A stretch of DNA of 64,000 nucleotides, taken from contig CAXXHB010000003.1 in NCBI GenBank assembly GCA_963664815.2, forward strand, positions 3,648,001 through 3,712,000, read 5' to 3'. This DNA comes from Spirochaetota bacterium. Its GTDB lineage: Bacteria; Spirochaetota; UBA4802; UBA5550. Positions 1-10,765 of this stretch are shown here, in pieces. A program made the position numbers and the translations under genes. Each line of letters begins with the position of its first letter. The first letter of the stretch is position 1. The notes below the pieces were generated by a model that was given only the letters and a program-made list of their open reading frames with translations, did not search any database and was not told where the DNA came from.

Positions 1-509
1 GCATATTTCAATATATCCTCACTACCACCAGGTGAACTGAAATAGAAAACTTCATCTTTATCGTTAAACGATTTAAGGTTATAATTGGTAATAGGCGCTT
101 CAAGATTACAGAAACCTATACCCCTGATCTCTTTCGACACCTTTGAAAAAGGATAGGCCATTGCCTCCTTCCGTCCATACTTTTTTATTCTGTAATCGAG
201 AATCTCTTTCATCGTTGCAAAATTTAAGGCGACATCTCCTACCGCAGTAATTACAGCCGGTTCTTTTTCAGGCCATATTTTTTTAATCGCCTTGCTGTCT
301 TCATACCCATAATCAATTGTATTTCCTGAATTCTCCGTTACAGGTTCATCACCTTTTATTATATCACCTATATCATGCCTGACCATCTTCGGAGCACATG
401 CAAGTATCACCATTAATGCGAAAAGAAACAAAGGTTTCCTGTTTGTTTTTATTCTGTTCATTATGCTCATCCCGGTTATCTTCATTATCTTTATTATCTT
501 TATTGACAT
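1..509 (-). CDS. CapA/PGA_cap family metallophosphatase-like lipoprotein (runs off the window edge)
   Basis: Hand translation (not in the ORF track): lipobox-like VILAC, then ITAVGDV...YPFSKV...GFCNLEAPIT...FYFSS. The start may be a later ATG. Confidence 0.7.
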   Translation of the reverse strand, partial: MSIKIIKIMKITGMSIMNRIKTNRKPLFLFALMVILACAPKMVRHDIGDIIKGDEPVTENSGNTIDYGYEDSKAIKKIWPEKEPAVITAVGDVALNFATMKEILDYRIKKYGRKEAMAYPFSKVSKEIRGIGFCNLEAPITNYNLKSFNDKDEVFYFSSPGGSEDILKY

Positions 510-872
510 AAATGACATAAATACTTTTCTCAGTTCTGTAAATATATAAATTACTGCAAGAACTTTTATTCAGACACGACCACATAAAATCAAGAACAAT
601 TCACACTTCCTTTATCTATGATTTAATAAAACCTCCGGAACATTTCTTTTTTTTTAACTCAGTACTTAAAATATATTATATTATCATCAGAGTGACTATA
701 CATATCAGGTGTATTTCAGTCTTTCCCGGTCAGTTCTATTCAGTTATATTCAGCGGATTATAGACAATGCCGGCAGAAAAATATTCCTGATATCATTGGT
801 TATTTATTAAATGCAACTGGTCCGGATAACAGCGAATATATAACCGGCAGAATTACAGGAATATTAAGCAAG

Positions 873-2411
873 GTGAAAAACATGAAATGTATCAGAATAA
901 TTATAATCGCGTTACTCTTATTCTGCACTGTTAATCCCGCCTTTACGGCAACCGCAGTTGAATTGATGAACGAAGGGAAAATGCTGCTTTACAAAGGTGA
1001 TATCCGTCAGGGAATAAAAATTCTTGAAGAAGCCAACCGTATGGATAATAAAAATCTTTTTATTAAACTGATGCTTGCCAAAGGCTACAGCTGGAATAAT
1101 GAGTGGGATAAAGCGAAATCCGTATATGGAGAAGTGGTAAGTTCATCCTCTACAGATGACCAGATTTACTGGGATGCAAAATTCGGAATTGCGCAGATAA
1201 CATCCTGGGAAAAGAGATACAGTGAAGCGATAAATCTGTACAGAGAGATTCTCACATCAGATAAAAATATCTCAAAAGATTTGAGACTTGATATAAGCCT
1301 GGCTATCGGCGACATATATTCATGGGAGATGAAATATGATGCGGCTATTGAGCAATTTAATAATCTTCTCTCTGAAAATCCGGGTAATCTTCTTATACTT
1401 AACCGCCTGGCCAAAATTTATCTCTGGAAGGGAGAATACGAAAAATCCCGTGAATATACAAATAAGGTATTATCAATAAATAAAACAGACTCCGAATCAG
1501 CCGAAAGAATCAGGGTACTTGACCAGATTCAGACATTCACTGCAACCATCGGTTATGACTACACATGGTATGATTCCAAAAACAATAACGGCGACAATGT
1601 CCGGGTGCATAAATCGCTGCTTGGTTTTGAATGGCAATATTCAGTCCCGTTAAAAGTTTTTTCATATGTAACAGAAGCTACACAGAACTCCATTGAAAGC
1701 GCTGACACAGAAAAATCCGAATTCCGATGTCAACATCAGGGCAGGGGGAAGCTACAGAATAAATACACTTACATATATTTCCGCTGCAGCTGACTATGCT
1801 TCCAAAGCGACTATTTTCCCGGATCCTCTGCGTGGAATTCCGATGTCAACATCAGGGCAGGGGGAAGCTACAGAATAAATACACTTACATATATTTCCGC
1901 TGCAGCTGACTATGCTTCCAAAGCGACTATTTTCCCGGACTTCAGTTCGGAAATATCCATAAGCAGAAAACTGACCCAGAACATAGACATTGAAGGGCTT
2001 TATAAATATACTTATGACAAACTTGACAGCATCCAGACTGTAGATAAAAAACAATACCACCTTATATCCCCCGGCATAATCTTCTATTACAATCCGGAGA
2101 TTTATAACAGGATTCAGTTCTATGTTGAATCCGATACAAAGGATCTCTTTTACTCGGTGCTGATGCAGCAGTACCTCTCCATAAATCCGGAGAATATTGT
2201 ACAATTTTACATGTTTCTAAGCCAGGGGAGAACCTATCTCACTTTTTCAGATACAACTGTTCTGCAGAAGACAACAACCTACAGCGCTACTCTGATTTAT
2301 ACACATTTTTTCAACTCGTCCTGGGGAATCGAATTTGCGACAGGGCTGACGACCAGTGTTAACAGTTATTCCTGTTATCACGGGGGGATAAACATAATTT
2401 ATAAATGGTAA
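873..2411 (+). pseudogene. TPR + YaiO-like outer-membrane beta-barrel protein, interrupted by a 102-bp insertion carrying an in-frame TGA
   Basis: Signal peptide and TPR-like helices (LAKGYSW, IAQITSW, LAKIYLW). ORFs 873-1793 and 2157-2411 share a frame. Removing 1719-1820 gives a continuous protein ending GINIIYKW, a beta-signal-like end. Confidence 0.75.
1719..1939 (+). repeat. 105-bp direct repeat (1719-1823 and 1835-1939)
   Basis: gaattccgatgtc...ttttcccgga occurs twice, with starts 116 bp apart. Confidence 0.95.
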
Positions 2412-2468
2412 CTTTAATTTTTTATCTGATGAAGATTTCACTTTGCAGAATCACAGAGAGGGTATCAA

Positions 2469-3767
2469 TTGGCTGAAAAAAACGGGAATATTGTAAGAAT
2501 ACTGAACGATCTGTTAAGACACTATTACTTATTATTTCCAGCCGAAGAAGTTCTGGAAGTATTCAGAGACAGCGGGATAATGCTGAACAGAGAAACAGGT
2601 TTTATAAAAGAATACAAACCCGATATTCCGGATTTATTTAATTATTTTTTTGAAAAAATATTTTCTGTGAAAGGATTCAGCTGGATTGCGCTGGTGGATA
2701 ACGATTTACGTAAAATAACCACTGAACACAATATCAGATATCCCGATTTATATAATTCTTCGATATACAAACTTCAGCAGAAATGCGGCAGACTTGAAAA
2801 TGAAAAAAACTCACTGCTTGACTATTTACGCAAAATGGAGACAGATTATAAAAACAGATCATTCAAAGATCCTCTCGGGCAGGTTTATAAAGAGGACATG
2901 TTTATAGAAAACCTTTCAACAGACATCTCTGCCTTCAGGGAACTGGGGATAGAGTTCGGTTTTTTCATACTTGAAATAGATAACCTGAATTCACTTAATA
3001 TAAAATACGGGCGCGAGACAGGGGATGAACTTCTGGCCAATGCGGCATATCTGTTAAAGAATTTTAAAAAAACCAGTAAAAACTACGCACATCATCTCAT
3101 ATTCAGAATGAACGGACCGCGTTTTACCTATTACTGCACCGACATAACCAGGGAGGAGATTATAGCCATTGCCGAAGATGTACGCACCGGATTCAGGGAA
3201 TCAAAGTTTTTTATAACAAATATAACAGTATCAATAGGTATTGCACACTCCAGCGAGTTTTCAGATTTTGAAAATGATCCGGCTGATCTGTCAGTAAATA
3301 TAATAGAAGTTGCCAACAGCCGGTTAAGGCTGGCGAAACACAGAGGTACTGATTCAGTCTGCAGCGAATCGGAAACTGCAGCATGCTTTGACCGGGAAAA
3401 ATATATTATGGTTATAGATCCTGACATCGGGACAAGATATATACTGGAAACACATCTTAAAGGATCCGGTTTCAATACCGCAAGCTGTGCAATGGGGGAT
3501 GAGGCGCTGGAGAAAATAGACATAAACAAACCATCAGCTATTATCAGCGCTCTTAAGCTTCCGAAAATGGATGGTTTTTCCTTAAGAAAAAAAATGCTGG
3601 AGGATTCAGCTCTTAAGAGTATTCCGTTCATCCTGACATCAGCGGTTAAAGATGAAAAATCTGTAATCCGTGCACAATCTCTCGGAATTTATCACTACCT
3701 GAAGAAGCCATACTCAATTGTTGAACTGATCGGCATCGTAAAAAAACTTTCAGAAGATGAAGTATAG
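2469..3767 (+). CDS. Degenerate GGDEF domain + C-terminal response-regulator receiver protein
   Basis: DPLG...EIDNLNSLNIKYGRETGDELL; the GGDEF motif is replaced by NGPRF; receiver-like LPKMDGFSL...YLKKP. Confidence 0.8.
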   Translation: MAEKNGNIVRILNDLLRHYYLLFPAEEVLEVFRDSGIMLNRETGFIKEYKPDIPDLFNYFFEKIFSVKGFSWIALVDNDLRKITTEHNIRYPDLYNSSIYKLQQKCGRLENEKNSLLDYLRKMETDYKNRSFKDPLGQVYKEDMFIENLSTDISAFRELGIEFGFFILEIDNLNSLNIKYGRETGDELLANAAYLLKNFKKTSKNYAHHLIFRMNGPRFTYYCTDITREEIIAIAEDVRTGFRESKFFITNITVSIGIAHSSEFSDFENDPADLSVNIIEVANSRLRLAKHRGTDSVCSESETAACFDREKYIMVIDPDIGTRYILETHLKGSGFNTASCAMGDEALEKIDINKPSAIISALKLPKMDGFSLRKKMLEDSALKSIPFILTSAVKDEKSVIRAQSLGIYHYLKKPYSIVELIGIVKKLSEDEV

Positions 3768-3770
3768 CAT

Positions 3771-6611
3771 ATGGGCAACAATACAATACTATTTTTAATT
3801 ATCGGATTACTGACTGCTGCAGATATTGTATTTATAATTATACTGTTTTACTCAAAAACTCTTCATCAAAGAAAAAATAACATATACCTTAAAAATAAAA
3901 AACTGATAATTGATCTGATATCTTCACCGGAAAGTATTGCTGATCTTTCAGCAATGAAAATCAACCCCATGGATATCTTCCGTATCTACAGGGACATATC
4001 TGTTTCTGTTTCACTCCCGGACAGAGTATCAGCTGTATTTATTGATTATTTTGTCAATACAGGAGTTCTGAAGCATTTCTGTAAAAGGATTAAATCAGCA
4101 AGAAAAATCAGACGTTCAGAAGCAGCCCTTAACCTTGCGTTTTTGCCCTGCAAAAAAACTCACAGGGCCCTGGAAGAAGCTCTTGTTAATGAAAAATACT
4201 ATCACATAAAAGTTTATATTGTCAATTCACTTATAGAAACAGAAGATGTATTATCAATTCCCTACATTCTGCAATCGATGATCGGATCACCCCGGTCATA
4301 TAATGAAAAAATATACAGCATACTTGGTGAATTCGGAGAGAAGCTCCATAACTACCTGATTAATTTAAACCCGATCAACTCCCGTGAGCTGAAGATGGTT
4401 ATTGTAACTTTTGCAAAACACTATTTCTCTCCCGTCCTGAAAAATCTTCTCCTCGAATTCCTGACATCCCACGATCAGGAAATAGCCGGTCTGGCAGCAG
4501 ACGCCTGCCTTAAATTCTATCCCGAACTCATGTGTGAAGAATCGTTTTTAAAATCCGCGCAGCTATATATAAAAAAAACAGCAGCAGCGGCAGCCGGTTC
4601 TTTCCCATCTGTCAAAACAGTGAAAACTCTTATCGAAGCCATGCATGACAGCGAAATATACAATGAATGTGTTTCAGCTATATCCGGAATAATAACACAG
4701 AACAATGACCTGTTTAAATATACCATAACGCGCTTCATCGATGAAAAAAATCCGGCAGTAAAAACCGGGCTCGCTGAGATAATATCAATGCGTATAGAAT
4801 ATCTCCTAACTAAACTCAGGTATGACAATTCAGACAAGATGAAAAATCTGATTATCGATATATTTTCAAGCGGCAATATAACCAATACGATAGCTTTTTT
4901 GAATGAGAATAGTGATCAGAAGCTCGAAGAGAGAGTATGCGGTATACTTGAAGATCTTCTGAAACAAAGGAGTGATCTGGCACATGAATTCAGATTATAC
5001 ATGAAAGAAAGTATTTTAGCAAAACTCGGTCTTACCAGACTTGATCCGGCAAAAGGGGAACCACGCCGGGAGGTTGTACGGATCGGGCTGCTGAGAATAT
5101 TTCTGGCAGCTGCACTTCTCTTTTTCCCGGCAGTATACGTTATTAACTATTACGGGACATTCAGCCGGACTGGTTTTAATGAATCAGTCAGAAGTTTTTT
5201 TTATCTGTTCAATTACATGTTTGCCTATTACGGGATCTCCCTGAATTCAATCTACCTGCTGCTTCTTGTCTTTTCCTTTACAGGTTCCAGGTCTCAGATG
5301 CAATACTGGAGTATGAAAAATGAAAAATTTCTGTTCAAACAGGGGGTACTTCCATCAATATCAATTATAGCACCGGCTTACAGGGAGGAGGCGACTATTA
5401 TACAAAGTGTAAACTCACTCCTCAACCTTAATTATCCGGATTACGAGGTAATTGTAGTTAATGACGGATCGACTGACAATACGCTCCAGACACTCATAGA
5501 TTACTTCGCCCTTGAGAGAATCAATAAACATATAGCCGAAAAACTGAAAACAGGCACCGTCCGCGGCCTGTACATGAATAAATACATCCCCGGCCTCCTT
5601 GTAGTAGATAAAGTTAACGGAGGAAAAGCTGATTCTCTCAACGCGGGAATTAACATGTCAACTAAAGATTATTTCTGCGGAATTGATGCAGATTCCCTGC
5701 TTGAAAGAGACTCACTTCTTAAAATGACTTCCCCTTTTCTTGATACAGATAAAAATATTATAGCCACAGGCGGTAATATCGTGCCGGTTAACGGTTGTAC
5801 TGTTGATAAGGGGCACCTCTCACTGATAAAAATACCGGAAAATTTTCTTCCCAGACTCCAGACAATGGAATACATCCGATCTTTTATATCGGGTAGAGTT
5901 GGATGGGCCACTATCCGCTCCCTTCTGATAATTTCCGGGGCTTTCGGGCTGTTCCGCAAATCATCAGTTATAGCCAGCGGAGGATACCTTACAGGGAAAG
6001 AGAAATTCCGCAAGGACACAGTCGGTGAAGATATGGAGCTGGTTGTAAGGCTGATACGCCACTCAAAAAACCGGGGAGAGCAAGGTGTTGTTAATTATAT
6101 CTTTAACGCCAACTGCTGGACTGAGGTTCCTGAGGAATACAGCATTCTGCACAAACAGCGTGACAGGTGGCAGAGGGGGCTGCTTGATATCATGACATTT
6201 CATATCAGAATGTTTTTAAATCCCAGATATGGGGAAGTTGGACTTATTGCTTTTCCCTATTTTATCATTTATGAAGTCATAGGCCCGTGGATTGAAGCAC
6301 AGGGGCTTCTGATGTTTATCATAGCACTTGGACTTGGATTACTCAACTTACATGTAATTCTTATGCTTTTTATCGGAACCATCTTTATGGGTCTTGCAGT
6401 TTCAATTATCTCTTTTTATATTATGGAGAGGGGTAATCAGTATTTTTCCAATAAAGATATAGCAATTTTAATTCTTTACGCTTTCTGTGAAAATTTCGGA
6501 ATCAGGCAGTTTTTCAGTCTGTTAAGGCTTGGAGGCTATATAAACGCACTAAGGAATAAACAGGGATGGGGTAAGATGGTACATAAAGGTTTTCAAAGAG
6601 AGACAGCTTAG
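3771..6611 (+). CDS. HEAT-repeat + GT2 glycosyltransferase fusion (putative polysaccharide synthase)
   Basis: N-terminal helical repeats; IAPAYREE, VNDGSTD, NGGKADSLN, IDADS, VGEDMEL, QRDRW; flanking TM helices. Confidence 0.9.
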   Translation: MGNNTILFLIIGLLTAADIVFIIILFYSKTLHQRKNNIYLKNKKLIIDLISSPESIADLSAMKINPMDIFRIYRDISVSVSLPDRVSAVFIDYFVNTGVLKHFCKRIKSARKIRRSEAALNLAFLPCKKTHRALEEALVNEKYYHIKVYIVNSLIETEDVLSIPYILQSMIGSPRSYNEKIYSILGEFGEKLHNYLINLNPINSRELKMVIVTFAKHYFSPVLKNLLLEFLTSHDQEIAGLAADACLKFYPELMCEESFLKSAQLYIKKTAAAAAGSFPSVKTVKTLIEAMHDSEIYNECVSAISGIITQNNDLFKYTITRFIDEKNPAVKTGLAEIISMRIEYLLTKLRYDNSDKMKNLIIDIFSSGNITNTIAFLNENSDQKLEERVCGILEDLLKQRSDLAHEFRLYMKESILAKLGLTRLDPAKGEPRREVVRIGLLRIFLAAALLFFPAVYVINYYGTFSRTGFNESVRSFFYLFNYMFAYYGISLNSIYLLLLVFSFTGSRSQMQYWSMKNEKFLFKQGVLPSISIIAPAYREEATIIQSVNSLLNLNYPDYEVIVVNDGSTDNTLQTLIDYFALERINKHIAEKLKTGTVRGLYMNKYIPGLLVVDKVNGGKADSLNAGINMSTKDYFCGIDADSLLERDSLLKMTSPFLDTDKNIIATGGNIVPVNGCTVDKGHLSLIKIPENFLPRLQTMEYIRSFISGRVGWATIRSLLIISGAFGLFRKSSVIASGGYLTGKEKFRKDTVGEDMELVVRLIRHSKNRGEQGVVNYIFNANCWTEVPEEYSILHKQRDRWQRGLLDIMTFHIRMFLNPRYGEVGLIAFPYFIIYEVIGPWIEAQGLLMFIIALGLGLLNLHVILMLFIGTIFMGLAVSIISFYIMERGNQYFSNKDIAILILYAFCENFGIRQFFSLLRLGGYINALRNKQGWGKMVHKGFQRETA

Positions 6612-6756
6612 CCTGGATTATTATATGAGTAATACCATCCAGACTTTTATCAGGCTTCAGGCGGATGACTTATTATTGTCAGATTGCATTGCAGCAGGTT
6701 ACTTTTATTAAAAATTTTTTTACGTACTAACTATTAAATATTTACAGGGGTTAACT

Positions 6757-8124
6757 ATGCATATCAGACAAGTGATTTTCGTGCTGATAATTATTATACT
6801 GCCGGTTTTACACATAAGCAGAGCATCAGGAGAGATAATGGATGCATCAATACACGAGGCCAGAGAAAAAGCTCTCATCTGGCTTAAAAACCAGAAAGTA
6901 CCGAATTCAGTTATTCCTGACCCGCAGCCGGAAAGAAGAAACCTTGTAGCAAGCTACGAAATCAATCCCGATGCCCCGGCATATAAATATATATCCGGCC
7001 GTTCGATAATATATGACGATGCACTGGCCGTTATAGCCTTCACAATGAACAAGGATTTTAAAAGCGCATCCCGGATACTTCTTGCACTTAAACGCCTTCA
7101 GCGCAGGGATGGAGGGCTGTGGTTCGGTTACAACCTCAATAACGACTGGCCTTCCGAGAAAGATTACGAAGGTTCAACAGACCGCACCGGAGCAACCGCA
7201 TGGGTCGGGTATTCCGCTGTATATTATCTGCAAACCCGCCTTGCCGGAGACCCCTCACTGCTTAAATCGGACCGTGAAGCTAAAACTATTCTCGAACTCG
7301 CGCAGTCACTCGGGGATTACATTCTTAAAATGCAGGTTCATAAAAGCTCCGACCTGCGTTATGGACTGGTCACAGGGGGGAAAAACTCGTATTCTCTCAA
7401 ATTTGACAAAAACAATGTTACAGAAGTATTTAAGGAAACAGACATCGACTGGATTAGTTCCGAACATAACATCGACGCGTATTTCTTCCTGCGCGATCTT
7501 GGCAACATAACATCCGATGAAAAATATAAAAAATCTGCTTCTCTTATAAAAAAATCGATGTTACACGTCTGGAGCGAAAAGTACAGTCAATACTTCCGCG
7601 GAGTAAAGCCGGAGTTTATTGATGAAGTACTCGCACTTGACTGCGCCAGCTGGGGATCTGTGTTTTCTCTCAGCGCCGGAAAACCTGAGTATGCAGCCCG
7701 GTCACTTGAAACTATAGAAAAATTATATGCAGGCACATCATCACCACTCCAGGGAAAGGGAACTGTTTACGGTTATAAACCTTATACAAACAAGGAAATT
7801 TATGAAGACACCGGAAACGATATTACTAAATTCTATTTTCCTGACTTGAAGGGAAATACATGGGAGGCTATAAACGGGGTATGGGTGGAAGGTTCCATCG
7901 GTGTTGCATTTGCCTGTCTGAAGGCAGGCAACAGGTTAAAAGCGGCTGAAATACTCAAAAACATGCTCCCTCTTCAGGGTAAAAGCGGCGGGTTCATATA
8001 TTTCACACGGGAAATACCCCATGAGTTTTCAACAGATATCAGCGTTGCAAGCACAGCATGGTTTATATTGACAGCATCAGCTCTTGAAGATCCGGCAATT
8101 GCGGACAGTTTCTGGAAGCTGTAA
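6757..8124 (+). CDS. Secreted hypothetical protein, possibly (alpha/alpha)6 glycosidase-like
   Basis: Signal peptide; YDDALAVIA, SSEHNIDAY, WVEGS, SVASTAW motifs; position within the operon. Confidence 0.5.
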   Translation: MHIRQVIFVLIIIILPVLHISRASGEIMDASIHEAREKALIWLKNQKVPNSVIPDPQPERRNLVASYEINPDAPAYKYISGRSIIYDDALAVIAFTMNKDFKSASRILLALKRLQRRDGGLWFGYNLNNDWPSEKDYEGSTDRTGATAWVGYSAVYYLQTRLAGDPSLLKSDREAKTILELAQSLGDYILKMQVHKSSDLRYGLVTGGKNSYSLKFDKNNVTEVFKETDIDWISSEHNIDAYFFLRDLGNITSDEKYKKSASLIKKSMLHVWSEKYSQYFRGVKPEFIDEVLALDCASWGSVFSLSAGKPEYAARSLETIEKLYAGTSSPLQGKGTVYGYKPYTNKEIYEDTGNDITKFYFPDLKGNTWEAINGVWVEGSIGVAFACLKAGNRLKAAEILKNMLPLQGKSGGFIYFTREIPHEFSTDISVASTAWFILTASALEDPAIADSFWKL

Positions 8125-8129
8125 AATCA

Positions 8130-9917
8130 ATGAAGATAATATTTTTCATATTTATAACCGGTTTTCTTATGACTCTGCTTTCATTTTCTGTTTATTCCGC
8201 GGGGAAAAATACCGTAAAAAACAGTCACCGTGCGATGATACTGGACCTCTCGGACAGGAACAAAACAGGGGACACGGAACTAGCCGCCCTGAAACATTTC
8301 TTTGATATTTTTGCCATACAGTTCACTGTCACTGACAATATAGCGACAGCATCCGCAGCCCCTGTAATTTTTACTGCCGGTGATCTCCGGAACACCACAT
8401 TCTCTCCCGTTGAACTTCAGCAGATCTATACATATGTTGAAAACGGAGGGGTACTGGTATCACAGGTTGTAACAGGAAACAGGCTTTTCCCCCTGTTCGG
8501 GATAAGCAGCATGGATGAAAGCAGGAAAAGGTACAGAATCAGCTTCAGAAAACCTTCTGCAGATATTGCTCTTCGTTACCTTGACCGCCCGGAAGAGCAG
8601 ACTGTTTCTCTGGGAAATAAAAAATTATACCGCGAAGTGATATGGACTCATTCGTTTACAGTTACCGACGCAAAAACGCTTGCAACAACCGAAGACAATA
8701 AAACAGTTTTTTCCGTTAACCAGTATGGCGAAGGGTTTGCCTACGCTCTGGGAGTTTCCCTGAGCGATGCAGTTCTGCTTCCTCACGTCGGTAACGATTA
8801 TGAAGCACAGCGCGGCTGGATCAACACATTCGAACCCGGCTCTGACGTATTTATTCTTATTATGAAGTCGATTTACGAGCAGTATACAAACCCCTTTGTC
8901 TACCTCCATACCATACCATACGGTAAAAAAACAGCCCTTATTTTATCACATGATGTTGATGCGCAGTTATCATTTCCCAACATGATAAAATACGCCGAGC
9001 TGGAAAAACGTTTCGGTGTCAGCGGGACCTATTTCATAACGACAAAATATTTTAAAGACGAAATGGATATAGGATATTATGACAGTGAACGGATTGAATA
9101 TATAAAAAAAGTAAAAGAACTGGGTGGAGATATCGGTTCTCACACGGTAACACATTCCATAATTTTTGAAAAATTCCCCGTGGGCAGCAGTAATACCACC
9201 CGGAGCAATTATAAGGTTATCACCGCCCCGACAGTTTTTGGCGAGGTTAAAGTCAGCAAGGAGCTGCTGGATCATGATATCATGTCACAAAACACGATCG
9301 CTTTCAGATCAGGGAACCTGCGATATCCGGAAGCTCTCATCGACATACTGGAAAAATCGGGCTACAGATATGATTCATCTCTCTCTGCAAACGATATCAT
9401 GTGCAACTATGCGTTCAAGGCTTTCAGGTTCAGAAAAACAGGTTCGGAGGTATCCTCCGTAATTGAAATACCTGTAATATTTGATGATTCACAGGGATTG
9501 CTGACACCGGGTAATATGAATGAACTTGTTGCCAAGTGGATTGATATTATCAATGCAAACGGCGACAACGAGGCAATTTCAGTGCTTCTGATTCACCCTT
9601 CAGAAACAGGATATAAACTTAAAGCTGAAGAAACCCTTCTGTCGCAGACAAGCGGCGGAAAAATCTGGACAGGTAACCTTTCTCAATACGGCGATTTCTG
9701 GGCGGCAAGAAACAGATATGAGTATGACACTGAAATAAACGGAACAACCCTGACGATTAAACTGCTGAGCCGGAAAGTTGACAGCAGAATAAGCTTCTGC
9801 ATTAAAAACATGGAGCATATCACCGAGATCCGTGTTACTGATTCCAGGAATAAAACTCTTAAATTCACGCGTACTCAGATAAAAGACAAAATACTGCTTC
9901 ACCTTGATGCAGAATAA
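8130..9917 (+). CDS. Polysaccharide deacetylase family protein
   Basis: LSHDVD, GSHTVTH, FRSGNL, YDSS, LIHP (CE4/NodB-like motifs); signal peptide. Confidence 0.8.
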   Translation: MKIIFFIFITGFLMTLLSFSVYSAGKNTVKNSHRAMILDLSDRNKTGDTELAALKHFFDIFAIQFTVTDNIATASAAPVIFTAGDLRNTTFSPVELQQIYTYVENGGVLVSQVVTGNRLFPLFGISSMDESRKRYRISFRKPSADIALRYLDRPEEQTVSLGNKKLYREVIWTHSFTVTDAKTLATTEDNKTVFSVNQYGEGFAYALGVSLSDAVLLPHVGNDYEAQRGWINTFEPGSDVFILIMKSIYEQYTNPFVYLHTIPYGKKTALILSHDVDAQLSFPNMIKYAELEKRFGVSGTYFITTKYFKDEMDIGYYDSERIEYIKKVKELGGDIGSHTVTHSIIFEKFPVGSSNTTRSNYKVITAPTVFGEVKVSKELLDHDIMSQNTIAFRSGNLRYPEALIDILEKSGYRYDSSLSANDIMCNYAFKAFRFRKTGSEVSSVIEIPVIFDDSQGLLTPGNMNELVAKWIDIINANGDNEAISVLLIHPSETGYKLKAEETLLSQTSGGKIWTGNLSQYGDFWAARNRYEYDTEINGTTLTIKLLSRKVDSRISFCIKNMEHITEIRVTDSRNKTLKFTRTQIKDKILLHLDAE

Positions 9918-10186
9918 AGTCATAAAACCAGTCCGCTGACAGACTTCCCCGGAGTATTGAAAAAAGGATAATTGTACAATAAGAATTCCTTAACTTTTAT
10001 AAGAAAAAATACTCTATTTTCTCCACCCCCGGGGCAGCAGACAAATAATATCGTTTATTTTACAACAAAATATATGTTAAAGAATTAACACTGATAAATT
10101 TTTAATTATTTACTGAAACTTTACATCCTAATAAAATATACCCTTCAGGCCGATAAATATTTCAGGAGAATACTCTTTATAAAACG

Positions 10187-10684
10187 ATGAAAAAGACTGA
10201 AAAAAAAATTATTATTCCGGACCTGAAAGAATTTACCGATGACAGCGGTAAAAAGTGGGTACAGACATCAACTGAGGATTTATTCACAATAAAAGAACTC
10301 AACGAAATTATCACCTCAATTGAGAAAGAGAGGGCAAAGGATGAAGTTGTATTCGCACGAATCGATTTTCAGAAAGTTGACAAAGAATTCTACGATACAG
10401 CCATTGAACTGCAGCAGAGACTGAAAAAACAGGGAAAGCTTCTGCAGAACTACGTCGCTGAAACAAAAAAAGTCATAGATAGAAAAAACCTGAAGCTTAA
10501 AGAGCTTATTGAATATATAAAAAATCTGCACCAGTTTATAGCCCACATGAACGCCCGTCCGGAAGATATAGACAACATGAATATATCGATGGCGCTTGAA
10601 TACCGCGGAGAAGGTACGGATAAAGTAGTCTCTGAATACGAGGAAGTTGAGGAAAAAGTAATGTCTGTCGGCGATGAAGAATAA
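10187..10684 (+). CDS. Hypothetical coiled-coil protein
   Basis: 165-aa ORF, charged and helical. Confidence 0.6.
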   Translation: MKKTEKKIIIPDLKEFTDDSGKKWVQTSTEDLFTIKELNEIITSIEKERAKDEVVFARIDFQKVDKEFYDTAIELQQRLKKQGKLLQNYVAETKKVIDRKNLKLKELIEYIKNLHQFIAHMNARPEDIDNMNISMALEYRGEGTDKVVSEYEEVEEKVMSVGDEE

Positions 10685-10765
10685 ATAGCTGAAAAATGTT
10701 TGACATAAAAATCCTCCAAAGAAGTTATTTTCAGATATAACCCATTTACTGACCCGGAGGATGCT

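Noticed and set aside
373-585. 70-aa ORF from the track
   Set aside because: Alternative frame overlapping the 5' end of the CapA-like gene
1791-1793. Selenocysteine or readthrough TGA
   Set aside because: The stop lies within an out-of-frame duplicated insert; removing the insert explains the gene
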